Shown in pieces: positions 38,818-49,107 of a stretch of DNA of 64,000 bases. A model generated the notes under the pieces. That model saw only the letters and a list, made by a program, of their open reading frames with translations, was not told the DNA's origin and made no database searches. The position numbers and the translations under genes are program-made. This DNA comes from a virus (taxonomy: Duplodnaviria; Caudoviricetes): IMG/VR virus record IMGVR_UViG_3300027566_000003. One strand, written 5' to 3'. Numbering within the stretch: position 1 is the stretch's first letter; every line of letters begins with the position of its first letter.

Positions 38818-39828
38818 ATGTTAGAAACTAAAGAGTTAAATATAAAACTTTCATCAAAAAATATTAATTATTATGAACAATTGGGATATAACATTCCAAA
38901 ATATAAAGACACTAGTGGTAAACAAAGAGTCAAAAAAGGAACTGAAATAAAAATTAAGATAGAACATTTACCATTACAATCACATAATAAAGTAGATGTT
39001 AAATGTGATTATTGTGAAAAAGTATTTCCAAAACCTTATTATTCTTACATTAATAGCAAAAATACATATGTAGTTAATAAAGATGCTTGTAATGATTGTA
39101 AATATATTAAGATAAAAGAATGTAATTTAATTAATTATGGATATGAAAATACTTCACAAATACCTGAATATAGAGAACATCTTAGATTATTAAAACGAAA
39201 TGATTTTGAGAAGGTAAAACGAGATTTTGAGAATATGAATTTTACACTTTTGACAACAGAAGATGAATATATTAATTCAAGACAATCTATGAAATGTATA
39301 TGCAATAATCATCCAAATATTATTCAAGAAAAAGAGCATTTCCATACCACAAAAGACGTAGGTTGTAAATATTGTCGGGCAGAAAATATTTCTGGAGAAG
39401 GAAATTGGAATTATCAAGGTGGAATTACTCCACTTCACAACTATCTTAGACAACATATATTGCAATGGAAAAAAGATTCAATATTATTTTATAATGGAAA
39501 GTGTGTTTTGACTAATAATACAACGACTATAGTACATCATTTATATTCATTTAATTTAATATTGCAAGAATTAATTCAAGAATTAAAATTAGATATGGAT
39601 TTTACTAAAATTAAAGTGGAAGATTTACCGGATGATCAATTAAAGTTATTAAAAGACAGATGTTTAGAATTACATTATAAATACGGGTTAGGTGTCTGTT
39701 TGTCCGATAATGTCCACAAACTTTTTCACTCACTTTATTCTTATGGCAATAACATTCCAGAACAATTCACAGAATTCCAACAACGTTATAACAATGGAGA
39801 ATTCACATCTCTCCTATTAGCAAAATGA
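38818..39828 (+). CDS. free-standing HNH-type endonuclease with N-terminal zinc domain
   Basis: YYEQLGY..KGTEIKIKIEHL..KCDYC; C-terminal IVHHLYSF...HKLFHSLY.YGNNIPEQF. Confidence 0.8.
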   Translation: MLETKELNIKLSSKNINYYEQLGYNIPKYKDTSGKQRVKKGTEIKIKIEHLPLQSHNKVDVKCDYCEKVFPKPYYSYINSKNTYVVNKDACNDCKYIKIKECNLINYGYENTSQIPEYREHLRLLKRNDFEKVKRDFENMNFTLLTTEDEYINSRQSMKCICNNHPNIIQEKEHFHTTKDVGCKYCRAENISGEGNWNYQGGITPLHNYLRQHILQWKKDSILFYNGKCVLTNNTTTIVHHLYSFNLILQELIQELKLDMDFTKIKVEDLPDDQLKLLKDRCLELHYKYGLGVCLSDNVHKLFHSLYSYGNNIPEQFTEFQQRYNNGEFTSLLLAK

Positions 39829-39942
39829 AAATATTAATAAATAAACTCACAAATAAATAATTATAGATAATGTACAAATCTATAATTATTACCAACAAAC
39901 AAAAAAACAACTCACAAAACCAACAACAAAACATCAAAATAT

Positions 39943-39995
39943 AAGGGGAGGTGGAATGGACATAAAAATCCATCTTACCTCCCCTTATTTTTTAT
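39943..39995 (+). terminator. intrinsic terminator
   Basis: TAAGGGGAGGT...ACCTCCCCTTA followed by a T-run. Confidence 0.7.
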
Positions 39996-40083
39996 TTTTC
40001 AATAAATCTATATTCCAAACAATAATCTCAAAATCCAAAGAATCTAATAATCTAAGAATCAAAAAAGAAAGGGTGAAAATACT

Positions 40084-40440
40084 ATGTCAGTAAGAGCACA
40101 TTGGGTTTTTCATAATGTTGCTACAGAAGCAGGTAATGGAGATGAATACAAAATTGCTAATGTTGGATCAAACACAATATTAGTTTTAGCATTGCAAACT
40201 ATACCAACAGTCGAATCAACACCAGTAACCTACACTATACATTTTGAAGCAAAAGGATTAATCGGTGATTATGTTTCTATACCAGTTTGGGATGAAACAA
40301 AAATGGATTTAGTCCTTAGTGCTACAGAAACAAGTGGTAAATTGTTTACAATCGATTTAACAGGGAAATCAAGTTTCCGTGTGAATCTTGTTTCTATAGA
40401 TGGTGGGAGTTTAAGTGTTCAAGGGAAGGTGATTGAGTAG
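40084..40440 (+). CDS. small beta-rich tail-appendage protein
   Basis: 118 aa, stop abuts the next ATG; resembles an internal segment of 49108..50790. Confidence 0.55.
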   Translation: MSVRAHWVFHNVATEAGNGDEYKIANVGSNTILVLALQTIPTVESTPVTYTIHFEAKGLIGDYVSIPVWDETKMDLVLSATETSGKLFTIDLTGKSSFRVNLVSIDGGSLSVQGKVIE

Positions 40441-43400
40441 ATGGTAGATTTAATTGCTCGTGGTTTATCAAAAACAAATGCTATAAAATATGGCACCATA
40501 GGCATAGACACAGTTCAATCTATACCAGACACAAGTATCATTAGATTCAACTTAGTCAATGGAATGTTTTTTGATTGGGATTTATCATCTACAGACACAA
40601 TGTTTAGATCAACTTATGATACAAATAATAATGGTATAGTTGACAAATCAGAAAAACTAAAAAATAGTACAGATTCTACATTTAATGATGGAAATTATTA
40701 TTTAGATCGTACTAATCATACAGGATTCGATACAGCAAATAAAATAACAGTTAATAAAACTAATCTTATTGAAAATCTTGCAACGTTTACAGGCACTACA
40801 TTACAAGATTTAATAGATTTTATAGATTCTCTTGATACATTTAAAAATGGTGAATTAAATCTTGGAACAAAAAATGCAGTGAATTCATGGAAAATTATAA
40901 AAGAAGATGATGATTTATCATTTTATAGATATGATGAATATAATTCTCAATATAATTTAATTACTAGTTTTGGAGCATCCGTAAAATCCGATAAATTCAT
41001 ATTGACGGAATGGCAAGGGAGTATCCAAGGTTTAAAAGGAGATGGAACTTCAAGAACTTTATTGAAAACATCAGTTGATGATAATGGAGTTTTAATTGGA
41101 AATTATTATGGTCGTGCTGGTTTAATTAGTAATGGATTATATTTTTCTATGTATCCAACTGGCGTTGATTCTACATTTGTTTTAAATTCATGTACTGATT
41201 CTGAAGGAACTTCTAATGCTCAATCAATAACAAAGTTCACAACAAGATATCAGCCATTAGTACATGGTTTTTATACTGGAATTAGTGGACTTGATTTAAT
41301 ATCTGTTCCAAGTGGTACAACTGTTCGTGTATGGGTTGAGTCAGATGACCAAGACGACATAATGTTTGAAACTATAAATTATATAAATTTTAAAAAGGGA
41401 TTAGGCTTATCAGTATCTATTGGTGTAAATAACATTGTTTTTTATGAACCATTCCCAATTGATAAAGATACTCCCTTTTATTTAAATATAGAATTTAGCA
41501 ATGCCGTAACAATTAAAGGGTCTATTACTAACAATAATCAAGTTGGAGATCCGAAATTTTATCCTATGGGCAGTATTATCAGAGAAACTGCTGCATTTGA
41601 AAAATTAGCGACTCAAGATTGGGTTACTGAGAATACAAAGAAAACTGACAGTATGACAACAGATAGTAGTATATTATATGCTTCTGCAAAATCAGTATCT
41701 TCATTATCTAAGGTTGTATCTGCTATTTCTGGTGGTGCATCTCCATTGGTTCCGATTTCTTGTGAAGACTTTTCATTGCTACAAACTGGCACAAATGGAC
41801 AGCATTATATTTTTACCAATGATGGGATAATAAATACTCAAATAATAAGTAAACGTGATCATTGCTATGTAGTTGAAACTTTTGATTATACGGAAATTTT
41901 ACCGACTCAATATATACAAGAAGAAGATTATGTTGTAATTTCAAATGAAGTTGTTTCAAATGGTGCAATTTTTATTACAAATATTACACCTAACACTTTA
42001 GGTAAAAATGTAAGTAAAACTATGAACGATTATCCTAATGAAGCAACAATAAATAGTATTGCATCCGATGATGATACATGGACAGTTACAGTAATTTGGG
42101 ATAGAGGGTCAGAAGAATATTGTGGTCAACCTAAAGTTAATGGTATTGATGTAATAAATATTACAAATGTTGGTGGAGGAACTTTTACCGGAACAGTGAT
42201 AGTTACAACTAGCGAAATTACTGATAATGCAATAACCGCAACTTTTGGAACAGCAAGTTATAGAGTAGGTGTAGTTGTAGAAACTCCTCCAATAATTACA
42301 ACATTAACACTAAATAATACTCCAACTGATTATCCCATATCTTCATGGTCTGTTCAACAAACAGAGGTTAAAGTTGGAGACATTATGACATTTGATATCA
42401 TATCGGATAAAGATATTGTTGCTGTGGAGGTAGCATCTTATGGTGCAGGATCATCTAAAATTATAAATGTAACACAAGGTGCGACATTTACTGATTTAAC
42501 ATTTACGGTAGCATCTACTGGTTTAGTATCATCTAGTAAAACAATTAAAGTACGTGTGAAAAGTCCTACTGGGTCTTGGTCTGATTATGTAGAAAGTTCA
42601 AATAGTATTATATGCAATGACTTAACTCCTACAATTAGTGTGAATACAATAACATATCCATCAACTCAAACTGCATTAAAAAATAGCGAAACTGCAAGTG
42701 TTACATTTAATACTTCAAATCAAACAAGTGTAATTGTGACTGCTATTGGTTCAGATATTTCAATAAGTGGAGTTAATTCTACTACTGGTGCTTTTACAGC
42801 AACTAGAATTGGTGGAAGTTATGTTGATAATATTGATAATTTTACTGGTGTTGCTAGAAAAGATAGTAACGGTTCAAGTGTAAGTGTAAATGGATGTATT
42901 TTTATTGCAAATATCGCTCCTGTATTGTCTTCACAAAGTTTATTAACTTATAATGTAATGTCGGGCGTTGGCACTGTTACAAATACCCTTACTTTTAGTC
43001 AAAAGGTAAAAATTAAAAGTATTTCAGCATTAACTGCCGGAACACTGGTAACTGGAACAACTTCGACTTATACAACAACATATGGATTAGGTATATCGGC
43101 ACAATCCTCAGATACACATTCTAATACAGCAAATACAACAAATTTAGTAGTTACAGGACTTAGTGGAATTGATTCTGTAAGTATTCCAATCAACTATTAT
43201 ATTAGAGGATTTGCTAATATTGTTTTGAATTTTACTTACTCTGAATTATCAAAAGTAATTGGAACTATGGTTACAGATGTTACTAAGTGTGTAGTATCAG
43301 GAAAAATATTAAGTACGCCAATATTCGAAATTGCTAAAGAATATATTACTTATTCCAGTGTGGTTTTAGCTACTGCTGATAAATGGAGTATAAGTGCAGA

Positions 43401-43491
43401 TGGTTTGAATTTCTTAATTCCAGATGCAGTAAAATCATTCGGATATACAACGGGAGTTGATTGTGAGATTAACATATCTGAAATTTATTAA
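40441..43491 (+). CDS. large virion structural / tail-fibre-like protein
   Basis: 1016 aa, Thr/Ser-rich beta repeats, YDTNNNGIVDKSE motif. Confidence 0.65.
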   Translation: MVDLIARGLSKTNAIKYGTIGIDTVQSIPDTSIIRFNLVNGMFFDWDLSSTDTMFRSTYDTNNNGIVDKSEKLKNSTDSTFNDGNYYLDRTNHTGFDTANKITVNKTNLIENLATFTGTTLQDLIDFIDSLDTFKNGELNLGTKNAVNSWKIIKEDDDLSFYRYDEYNSQYNLITSFGASVKSDKFILTEWQGSIQGLKGDGTSRTLLKTSVDDNGVLIGNYYGRAGLISNGLYFSMYPTGVDSTFVLNSCTDSEGTSNAQSITKFTTRYQPLVHGFYTGISGLDLISVPSGTTVRVWVESDDQDDIMFETINYINFKKGLGLSVSIGVNNIVFYEPFPIDKDTPFYLNIEFSNAVTIKGSITNNNQVGDPKFYPMGSIIRETAAFEKLATQDWVTENTKKTDSMTTDSSILYASAKSVSSLSKVVSAISGGASPLVPISCEDFSLLQTGTNGQHYIFTNDGIINTQIISKRDHCYVVETFDYTEILPTQYIQEEDYVVISNEVVSNGAIFITNITPNTLGKNVSKTMNDYPNEATINSIASDDDTWTVTVIWDRGSEEYCGQPKVNGIDVINITNVGGGTFTGTVIVTTSEITDNAITATFGTASYRVGVVVETPPIITTLTLNNTPTDYPISSWSVQQTEVKVGDIMTFDIISDKDIVAVEVASYGAGSSKIINVTQGATFTDLTFTVASTGLVSSSKTIKVRVKSPTGSWSDYVESSNSIICNDLTPTISVNTITYPSTQTALKNSETASVTFNTSNQTSVIVTAIGSDISISGVNSTTGAFTATRIGGSYVDNIDNFTGVARKDSNGSSVSVNGCIFIANIAPVLSSQSLLTYNVMSGVGTVTNTLTFSQKVKIKSISALTAGTLVTGTTSTYTTTYGLGISAQSSDTHSNTANTTNLVVTGLSGIDSVSIPINYYIRGFANIVLNFTYSELSKVIGTMVTDVTKCVVSGKILSTPIFEIAKEYITYSSVVLATADKWSISADGLNFLIPDAVKSFGYTTGVDCEINISEIY

Positions 43492-43498
43492 TTTGTAA

Positions 43499-43607
43499 TA
43501 AAAATGGTTGTCTAATAAGGTTGCAAATTTATTAGACGTAAAACAAGAGTCATGCTGTCACATGACTCTTTTCCATGTAAAACTTTTTGACAGAAAAGGA
43601 GAAATAA
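43499..43607 (+). promoter_or_regulatory. conserved double-hairpin/pseudoknot leader, copy 2
   Basis: ATGGTT - CTAATAAG-GTTGCAAA-TTTATTAG - CGTAAAAC - AAGAGTCATG/CATGACTCTT with loop CTGTCA complementary to TGACAG at 43588-43593. Confidence 0.75.
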
Positions 43608-45080
43608 ATGAAAAAAGATTTATATAAACATATAGATTTAACTAATATACCAAAAAATAAAAGCAGATATAATTGGTTAAATTCTATCGGTAAAGAATGT
43701 AAATTTATATATGATGATATTTCTGGTTATGTTACAATAGTTGATTATAATTATAAGAAGCATAAATTGTATATTAAATATCTCGATAATGAGATTTTTG
43801 AAATTAATACTGATAATTTTTCTGATTGTGCTTTTGGTAAATTGTTAGGAAAAATAACTAGTGAATTTAAAATTAAATTAGGCAAAACTATAAAAAACAA
43901 AAAACAAGATTTTATTATTATAGACAGGGAAAAACATATAAGTGCGAATAATAAGTGTTTTGATAAGATATATAAATATCATTGTAATAAATGTGGACAT
44001 GAAGATTGGTTAATAGAACATAATTTATTAAAAGGAATTGGATGCTCCTGTTGCGGTATAACTCCTAAAAAAGTTATTGAAGGAATTAATGATATCCCAA
44101 CAACTGCCCTTTGGATGGTTAAGTATTTTCAAGGTGGATACGATGAAGCAAAACTATATACAAAATCAAGCAGTAAAACAATTTTCCCGATTTGTCCTGA
44201 TTGCGGAAGAATAAAGAATAGACCTATGTCTATTAATTCAATTTATACAAATAAAACAATAAGGTGTACTTGTAAAGACGGTAGGAGTTATCCAGAAAAA
44301 ATAATGTTTAATATATTGGAACAATTACATATTGATTTTTTAAGTGAATATTCTCCAGATTGGATTAAACCATTAAGATATGATTTTTATTTTGAATTAG
44401 GTAATAAAAAATATATTGTCGAAATGGATGGTGGTATTGGTCACGGAAATAAAGTAGTATATAATAATTCAATATATACCGTAGAATATGCACTAAACAT
44501 TGATAATTATAAAGATAACCTAGCAAATATTAATAATATAGATATTATTAGAATTGACTGTAAAATTTCTGATATAGATTATATAAAAACTAATATATTT
44601 AATACAAAATTGTTAAATATATTAGAACTTTCAAGCATTGATTGGATAAAATGTGATGAATTTGCTTTAAGTAATTTAGTAAAAAAAGCTTGTGAAATAA
44701 AAAAAGAAAACGAAAATTTATCAACATCTGATATCGGTTTATTATTACATTTAAATCGTAGTACAATATGTAAATATTTAAAAGAAGGAAGTAAATTTGG
44801 TTGGTGTAATTATAATCCAAATAATGAGAGAATGAAATCGTTAGGTCATAAAGTAAATATTAGGAAAGTTGAGGTATTTAAGAATGATACATCTTTAGGA
44901 ATTTTTGAAAGCACAAATGATATAGAAAGAAAAAGTGAAGCTTGCTTTGGAGTAAAATTATTACAGTCTTGTATATCTCTAGTTTGTAATGGTAAACAAA
45001 AATCACACAAAGGATTTATTTTCAAGTATATAAATAACGAAAACCAAGAAGTGGTTAATAATTTATCCACTTCTTTTTAA
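43608..45080 (+). CDS. free-standing Vsr/DUF559-like endonuclease with zinc fingers and NUMOD1-like HTH
   Basis: RYDFYF...IVEMDGGIGH; CNKC, CSCC, CPDC; C-terminal FESTNDIER...ISLVCNGKQKSHKGFIF. Confidence 0.75.
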   Translation: MKKDLYKHIDLTNIPKNKSRYNWLNSIGKECKFIYDDISGYVTIVDYNYKKHKLYIKYLDNEIFEINTDNFSDCAFGKLLGKITSEFKIKLGKTIKNKKQDFIIIDREKHISANNKCFDKIYKYHCNKCGHEDWLIEHNLLKGIGCSCCGITPKKVIEGINDIPTTALWMVKYFQGGYDEAKLYTKSSSKTIFPICPDCGRIKNRPMSINSIYTNKTIRCTCKDGRSYPEKIMFNILEQLHIDFLSEYSPDWIKPLRYDFYFELGNKKYIVEMDGGIGHGNKVVYNNSIYTVEYALNIDNYKDNLANINNIDIIRIDCKISDIDYIKTNIFNTKLLNILELSSIDWIKCDEFALSNLVKKACEIKKENENLSTSDIGLLLHLNRSTICKYLKEGSKFGWCNYNPNNERMKSLGHKVNIRKVEVFKNDTSLGIFESTNDIERKSEACFGVKLLQSCISLVCNGKQKSHKGFIFKYINNENQEVVNNLSTSF

Positions 45081-45105
45081 TGTAAAAATAAAGGAGGTTA
45101 AAGTA

Positions 45106-47661
45106 ATGTCAATGACTAGTGACCAAATTTATGATTGGATTGTAGCCAATTGGACTTCAAAATCAAATTATAGAGAAAGTGCTGATGTTGGTATTCCAAC
45201 AGATACACCATCTCATTTTTTAATACATAACGATATTACAACTAAAAAAATATATACATGGGATGGAAATACGTGGTCTGCTGGATTAGGTGGAGGATCT
45301 GGTTCATTGACTGTTCAAAATGTAGCATCTGCAACAAATATAATAACTGCATTTAACAAGTTAATTTTAGTTGATGCATCATTGAATAATGTCACAGTAA
45401 TTCTACCATCTTCTACATCACTAACTATTGGACAGAGTTTATGCGTAAAAAGAACTGATAACTCAAATTATACATTAAGAATAATTGCTAATGGAACTGA
45501 AATAATTGATGGTAGTACAAATTCTATCTATTTATACGGGCAAAATGATTGTGTGACTTTAACTAGCACAGCAGTTGGTAAAATACATATTAGTGCTGAT
45601 AATCGTAATAGTACAGGGTCAAGTGCAAGTTATTTAAAAGTAACTAGAGGAACAACAGTTGCAATTGCAGATAATACAAATATAAAATTTCCTACTGTCG
45701 AGGATTCCCAAGGTACTGATATTTCATATGATACATCTACAGGAATTGTTAAATTAAAAGCAAATATTAAATATAGACTTAGATGTGCAATTAATATGAT
45801 GACATTTTCATCTGATAATGCTTATGCAGAGTTAAAATTTTATAACATAACAGCATCACAATTTGTTGGAATTTCTGGTTCCGCAAATCCAATCACAAGA
45901 AATACTAATGAAGCTAAAATTTTAGAAACAGAATATACTTTTACTCCAATTGTTGAAACTCAAATATCTCCTAGATTAACAGTTTCTTCTAATATTTCTA
46001 GTATTACAACAGCTTGGTTAGAAGTTGAAGAAATAAGTCACCAAGCTACAGTAATTCAAACTGTAGACTATTGTTTTGCAAGAGTTACTTCTAATGTTAC
46101 TACTGCAAATACTATTATTCCAGTTTCTCTAGTAGTTGGAAATATTGAAGTATCAAATAATATGTTTTACCTGAAAGTAGGTAGCACATATGAGTTAGAA
46201 GCATTTATAGAGTTTAATGGGAATACTGGTTCTGTTTGGGCAGAATATGTTTGGACTGATTCTGTTGGAACTTATTTACCAACTAGTACTACAGGTTTAT
46301 CTGTTCCTGTACAAAGTGCGTCAGCAGATTCTAGTTTACCAACAAAAGCTATTATTACTCCTACTCAAAATATGTCAGTAAAAGTAATGACAACAGGTAC
46401 TGTTGCAGGTATTACTGGTATAGCACTTACTAGGTCATATTTTAAAATTACGCAAATTGGATCAACGGCATGTACAGATAGTATTACCTTAAATACCATT
46501 AACTCAACTTCTTCATCAGGACTAAATGTTCATACTAAAAATACTATTACACCGACAAAATTAGGTGTAACAAATGAATTTGTTGGACAAAATGGTTCTG
46601 GTTCTGATTATGAAATTAGTGCGCTTAATTTAGGAAATGATATGTTTTATGCTTCTGTTTCAACAAAAATACCAGTTGGTGCATGGGGTGATGGTTGCAG
46701 AATGGATTTTAGTACACCTGCTGGTTCGAATAGTAATGTTCAGATTCCTAGAATGAGTATATTGCCGTTTTCAGGGAATGTGGGAATTGGTACAACCGAA
46801 CCAAATATTAATGATAAAGTAACCATTAAAGGTACGACTACTGATGGAACAACTAATATTATCAATGGGTTAGATAACAATGATATATCTGTATTTAAAG
46901 TAGATACTAACGGAAAATTAACAACCAATGATGTTGTTACTAATATAGTCAGTACGGCTGATGGAACTAATGGTTATGTAACAATGAATTCTGGTGGTAC
47001 TAGGACGGGTTTTTTTGAGTGGAAAAAACCAGATGATACAAGATTAGGGTTTATGGGAGACGGAGAATTTGATATAAATCTAGCATTAGAAAATGATGCT
47101 AATTTTAAGATTGTTAGTACTACTGGTGGATTTCTTGTACCAAAGATGACGAGAGCACAAAAAGATGCGATTATTTCTCCTATTTCTGGACTTGAGGTGT
47201 ATGTGACAGATGAAAGTTCTGGTAAGTATATTTATAACGGCACAAGATGGGATAAAGTTAGCAACCTTGCATATCTAAAAGCAAGTAATATAGTGGCAGT
47301 TAATCCAGCAGCTAATATATTACTTAACTTCAGTTCAGGTGTTGTGTCAAATGGGATTAAAACCAATCATGGTAATGGACAGTATACACTGTATCCCGGG
47401 GTTTATGAATTAATGGGGGTACAACTCTTGAATGAAAATGATGCTGGAATAAGTTATCAATTTTATAACTACACAACATCTAGTTATACAGGTGAACAAG
47501 GTAATAATGCCGATGTTGCAGGGTCAGCAGGAACAGGAAGTCCTGCATTTGCTATATTGGAATGTACAGTTGACACACAGATCGGACTTAGATGCACAAA
47601 CGATAGCGCGACAGTTACGGCCTCATTGGGTAACTGGTTGAAGATTAGACAGATATCATAG
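45106..47661 (+). CDS. tail fibre / receptor-binding protein
   Basis: 851 aa; GNVGIGTTEP, GFLVPKMTRAQ motifs; Thr/Ser-rich. Confidence 0.7.
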   Translation: MSMTSDQIYDWIVANWTSKSNYRESADVGIPTDTPSHFLIHNDITTKKIYTWDGNTWSAGLGGGSGSLTVQNVASATNIITAFNKLILVDASLNNVTVILPSSTSLTIGQSLCVKRTDNSNYTLRIIANGTEIIDGSTNSIYLYGQNDCVTLTSTAVGKIHISADNRNSTGSSASYLKVTRGTTVAIADNTNIKFPTVEDSQGTDISYDTSTGIVKLKANIKYRLRCAINMMTFSSDNAYAELKFYNITASQFVGISGSANPITRNTNEAKILETEYTFTPIVETQISPRLTVSSNISSITTAWLEVEEISHQATVIQTVDYCFARVTSNVTTANTIIPVSLVVGNIEVSNNMFYLKVGSTYELEAFIEFNGNTGSVWAEYVWTDSVGTYLPTSTTGLSVPVQSASADSSLPTKAIITPTQNMSVKVMTTGTVAGITGIALTRSYFKITQIGSTACTDSITLNTINSTSSSGLNVHTKNTITPTKLGVTNEFVGQNGSGSDYEISALNLGNDMFYASVSTKIPVGAWGDGCRMDFSTPAGSNSNVQIPRMSILPFSGNVGIGTTEPNINDKVTIKGTTTDGTTNIINGLDNNDISVFKVDTNGKLTTNDVVTNIVSTADGTNGYVTMNSGGTRTGFFEWKKPDDTRLGFMGDGEFDINLALENDANFKIVSTTGGFLVPKMTRAQKDAIISPISGLEVYVTDESSGKYIYNGTRWDKVSNLAYLKASNIVAVNPAANILLNFSSGVVSNGIKTNHGNGQYTLYPGVYELMGVQLLNENDAGISYQFYNYTTSSYTGEQGNNADVAGSAGTGSPAFAILECTVDTQIGLRCTNDSATVTASLGNWLKIRQIS

Positions 47662-47682
47662 TAATTAACAAAATAATAAATT

Positions 47683-47794
47683 AAATATGGTTACTTAATA
47701 AGAGTCGACGCTTATTAAGTGTAAAACGAGAGACTATGCCGTTACATAGTCTCTTTTCCATTATATTTAATCTCAATGACGGAAGGAGAATAAA
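47683..47794 (+). promoter_or_regulatory. conserved double-hairpin/pseudoknot leader, copy 3
   Basis: ATGGTT - CTTAATAAG-AGTCGACG-CTTATTAAG - TGTAAAAC - GAGAGACTATG/CATAGTCTCTT with loop CCGTTA complementary to TGACGG at 47777-47782. Confidence 0.75.
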
Positions 47795-48715
47795 ATGGGG
47801 AGAAAACTAACTAATGAGTTTATTAAAATAGGTGTCGAAAAATTAGGTTATAAATTAGCAAGTACATATGTTGGTCAATTAACAAAAATAACCATATATG
47901 ATGAATTAGGATATTATTATGTTGTTGGAGCAAAATCATTATTAAAAAATCATATTCCAGATAAATTTCATTTATTCAATCCTTACACAATACAAAATAT
48001 AAAATTATGGGCAAAATTAAATAATAAACCTTTTGAATTATTGAGTGATACATATGAAGGAAGTGACAAATATCTTCGATGGAAATGTTTAAAGGAAGAT
48101 TGCAGAGAAGAATTTGATGCAACTTGGAATAATATTATTAATAATAAAGGTTGCCCCTACTGTTCTGGGCATAAAGTAGGATTATCTAACTGTCTAGCAA
48201 CTAAAAATCCAGAACTTATAAAAGAATGGAATTTAATTAGAAATGGTAGTTTAACTCCTTTTGACGTAACTTGGTGTAGCGGAAAAGAAGTTTGGTGGAA
48301 ATGTAAGAAATGTAATCATGAGTGGAAAGCGAGAATAAGTAATAGAACTAGCACTAATAAAACAGGTTGCCCAGAGTGTAAAGAACCAAAAGGTGAAAAA
48401 GAATGTAAACGAGTTTTTGACTTAAAAAATGTTTATTATATACCTCAAAAAGAGTTTGATGGTTTAATTGGATTAAGAGGTGGTTTATTATCTTATGATT
48501 TTTATTTACCTAAATACAATTTATTGATTGAGTATCAAGGAGAATATCATGAATTTCAACAAAGCCATGTAAGTGAAAATAAATTTAAAACTCAACAAGA
48601 ACACGACAGAAGAAAAAGAGAATATGCAAAAGACAATAATATTAAACTTCTAGAAATATGGTACTGGGATATAGATAAGATTGAAAAAATTCTTGAAAAA
48701 GAATTGTTTATATAA
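47795..48715 (+). CDS. free-standing zinc-ribbon + Vsr/DUF559-like endonuclease
   Basis: NCLATKNPELIKEWN...WWKCKKCNHEW...GCPEC; SYDFYLPKYNLLIEYQGEYH. Confidence 0.8.
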   Translation: MGRKLTNEFIKIGVEKLGYKLASTYVGQLTKITIYDELGYYYVVGAKSLLKNHIPDKFHLFNPYTIQNIKLWAKLNNKPFELLSDTYEGSDKYLRWKCLKEDCREEFDATWNNIINNKGCPYCSGHKVGLSNCLATKNPELIKEWNLIRNGSLTPFDVTWCSGKEVWWKCKKCNHEWKARISNRTSTNKTGCPECKEPKGEKECKRVFDLKNVYYIPQKEFDGLIGLRGGLLSYDFYLPKYNLLIEYQGEYHEFQQSHVSENKFKTQQEHDRRKREYAKDNNIKLLEIWYWDIDKIEKILEKELFI

Positions 48716-48738
48716 TCAACATTAATTATAAGAAAGGA

Positions 48739-49047
48739 ATGATAAAAATGCGTAACTATAAAAGTAACTTCTTCGGCGACAAAGGTACATCAAGCTCTAA
48801 CCTCGAAGTAATCCAAAAGTGGAAAGAAGTGCAAACCAACAATAATATTTCTGCTGTATCTTTTAATTTTATACCATCACAAGATTGTACAATCATAATC
48901 AATGGTTCACATCCTATACCATTTTTAGCAAACCAACCATTTGTCATTGATACATCAGGTGCAAATCCTACACATAAACCGATTTGGCAATTTCAAATTG
49001 TCGAAGCTGGAATTGATTATTGGTATATGGGAATATTAAAAGATTAG
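48739..49047 (+). CDS. small structural protein
   Basis: 102-aa beta-rich ORF, RBS AAGGA. Confidence 0.55.
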   Translation: MIKMRNYKSNFFGDKGTSSSNLEVIQKWKEVQTNNNISAVSFNFIPSQDCTIIINGSHPIPFLANQPFVIDTSGANPTHKPIWQFQIVEAGIDYWYMGILKD

Positions 49048-49107
49048 TTTAGTGAGTAATTAATTATAACAAAATTATAAAAATAAAGAGTAAAGGAGTG
49101 ATAAATA

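Noticed and set aside
38708-47794. Integron attC sites for the repeated palindromic modules
   Set aside because: No RYYYAAC...GTTRRRY core pair, and the recombinase lacks a recognisable IntI insertion; the module sits 5' of each gene next to the RBS.
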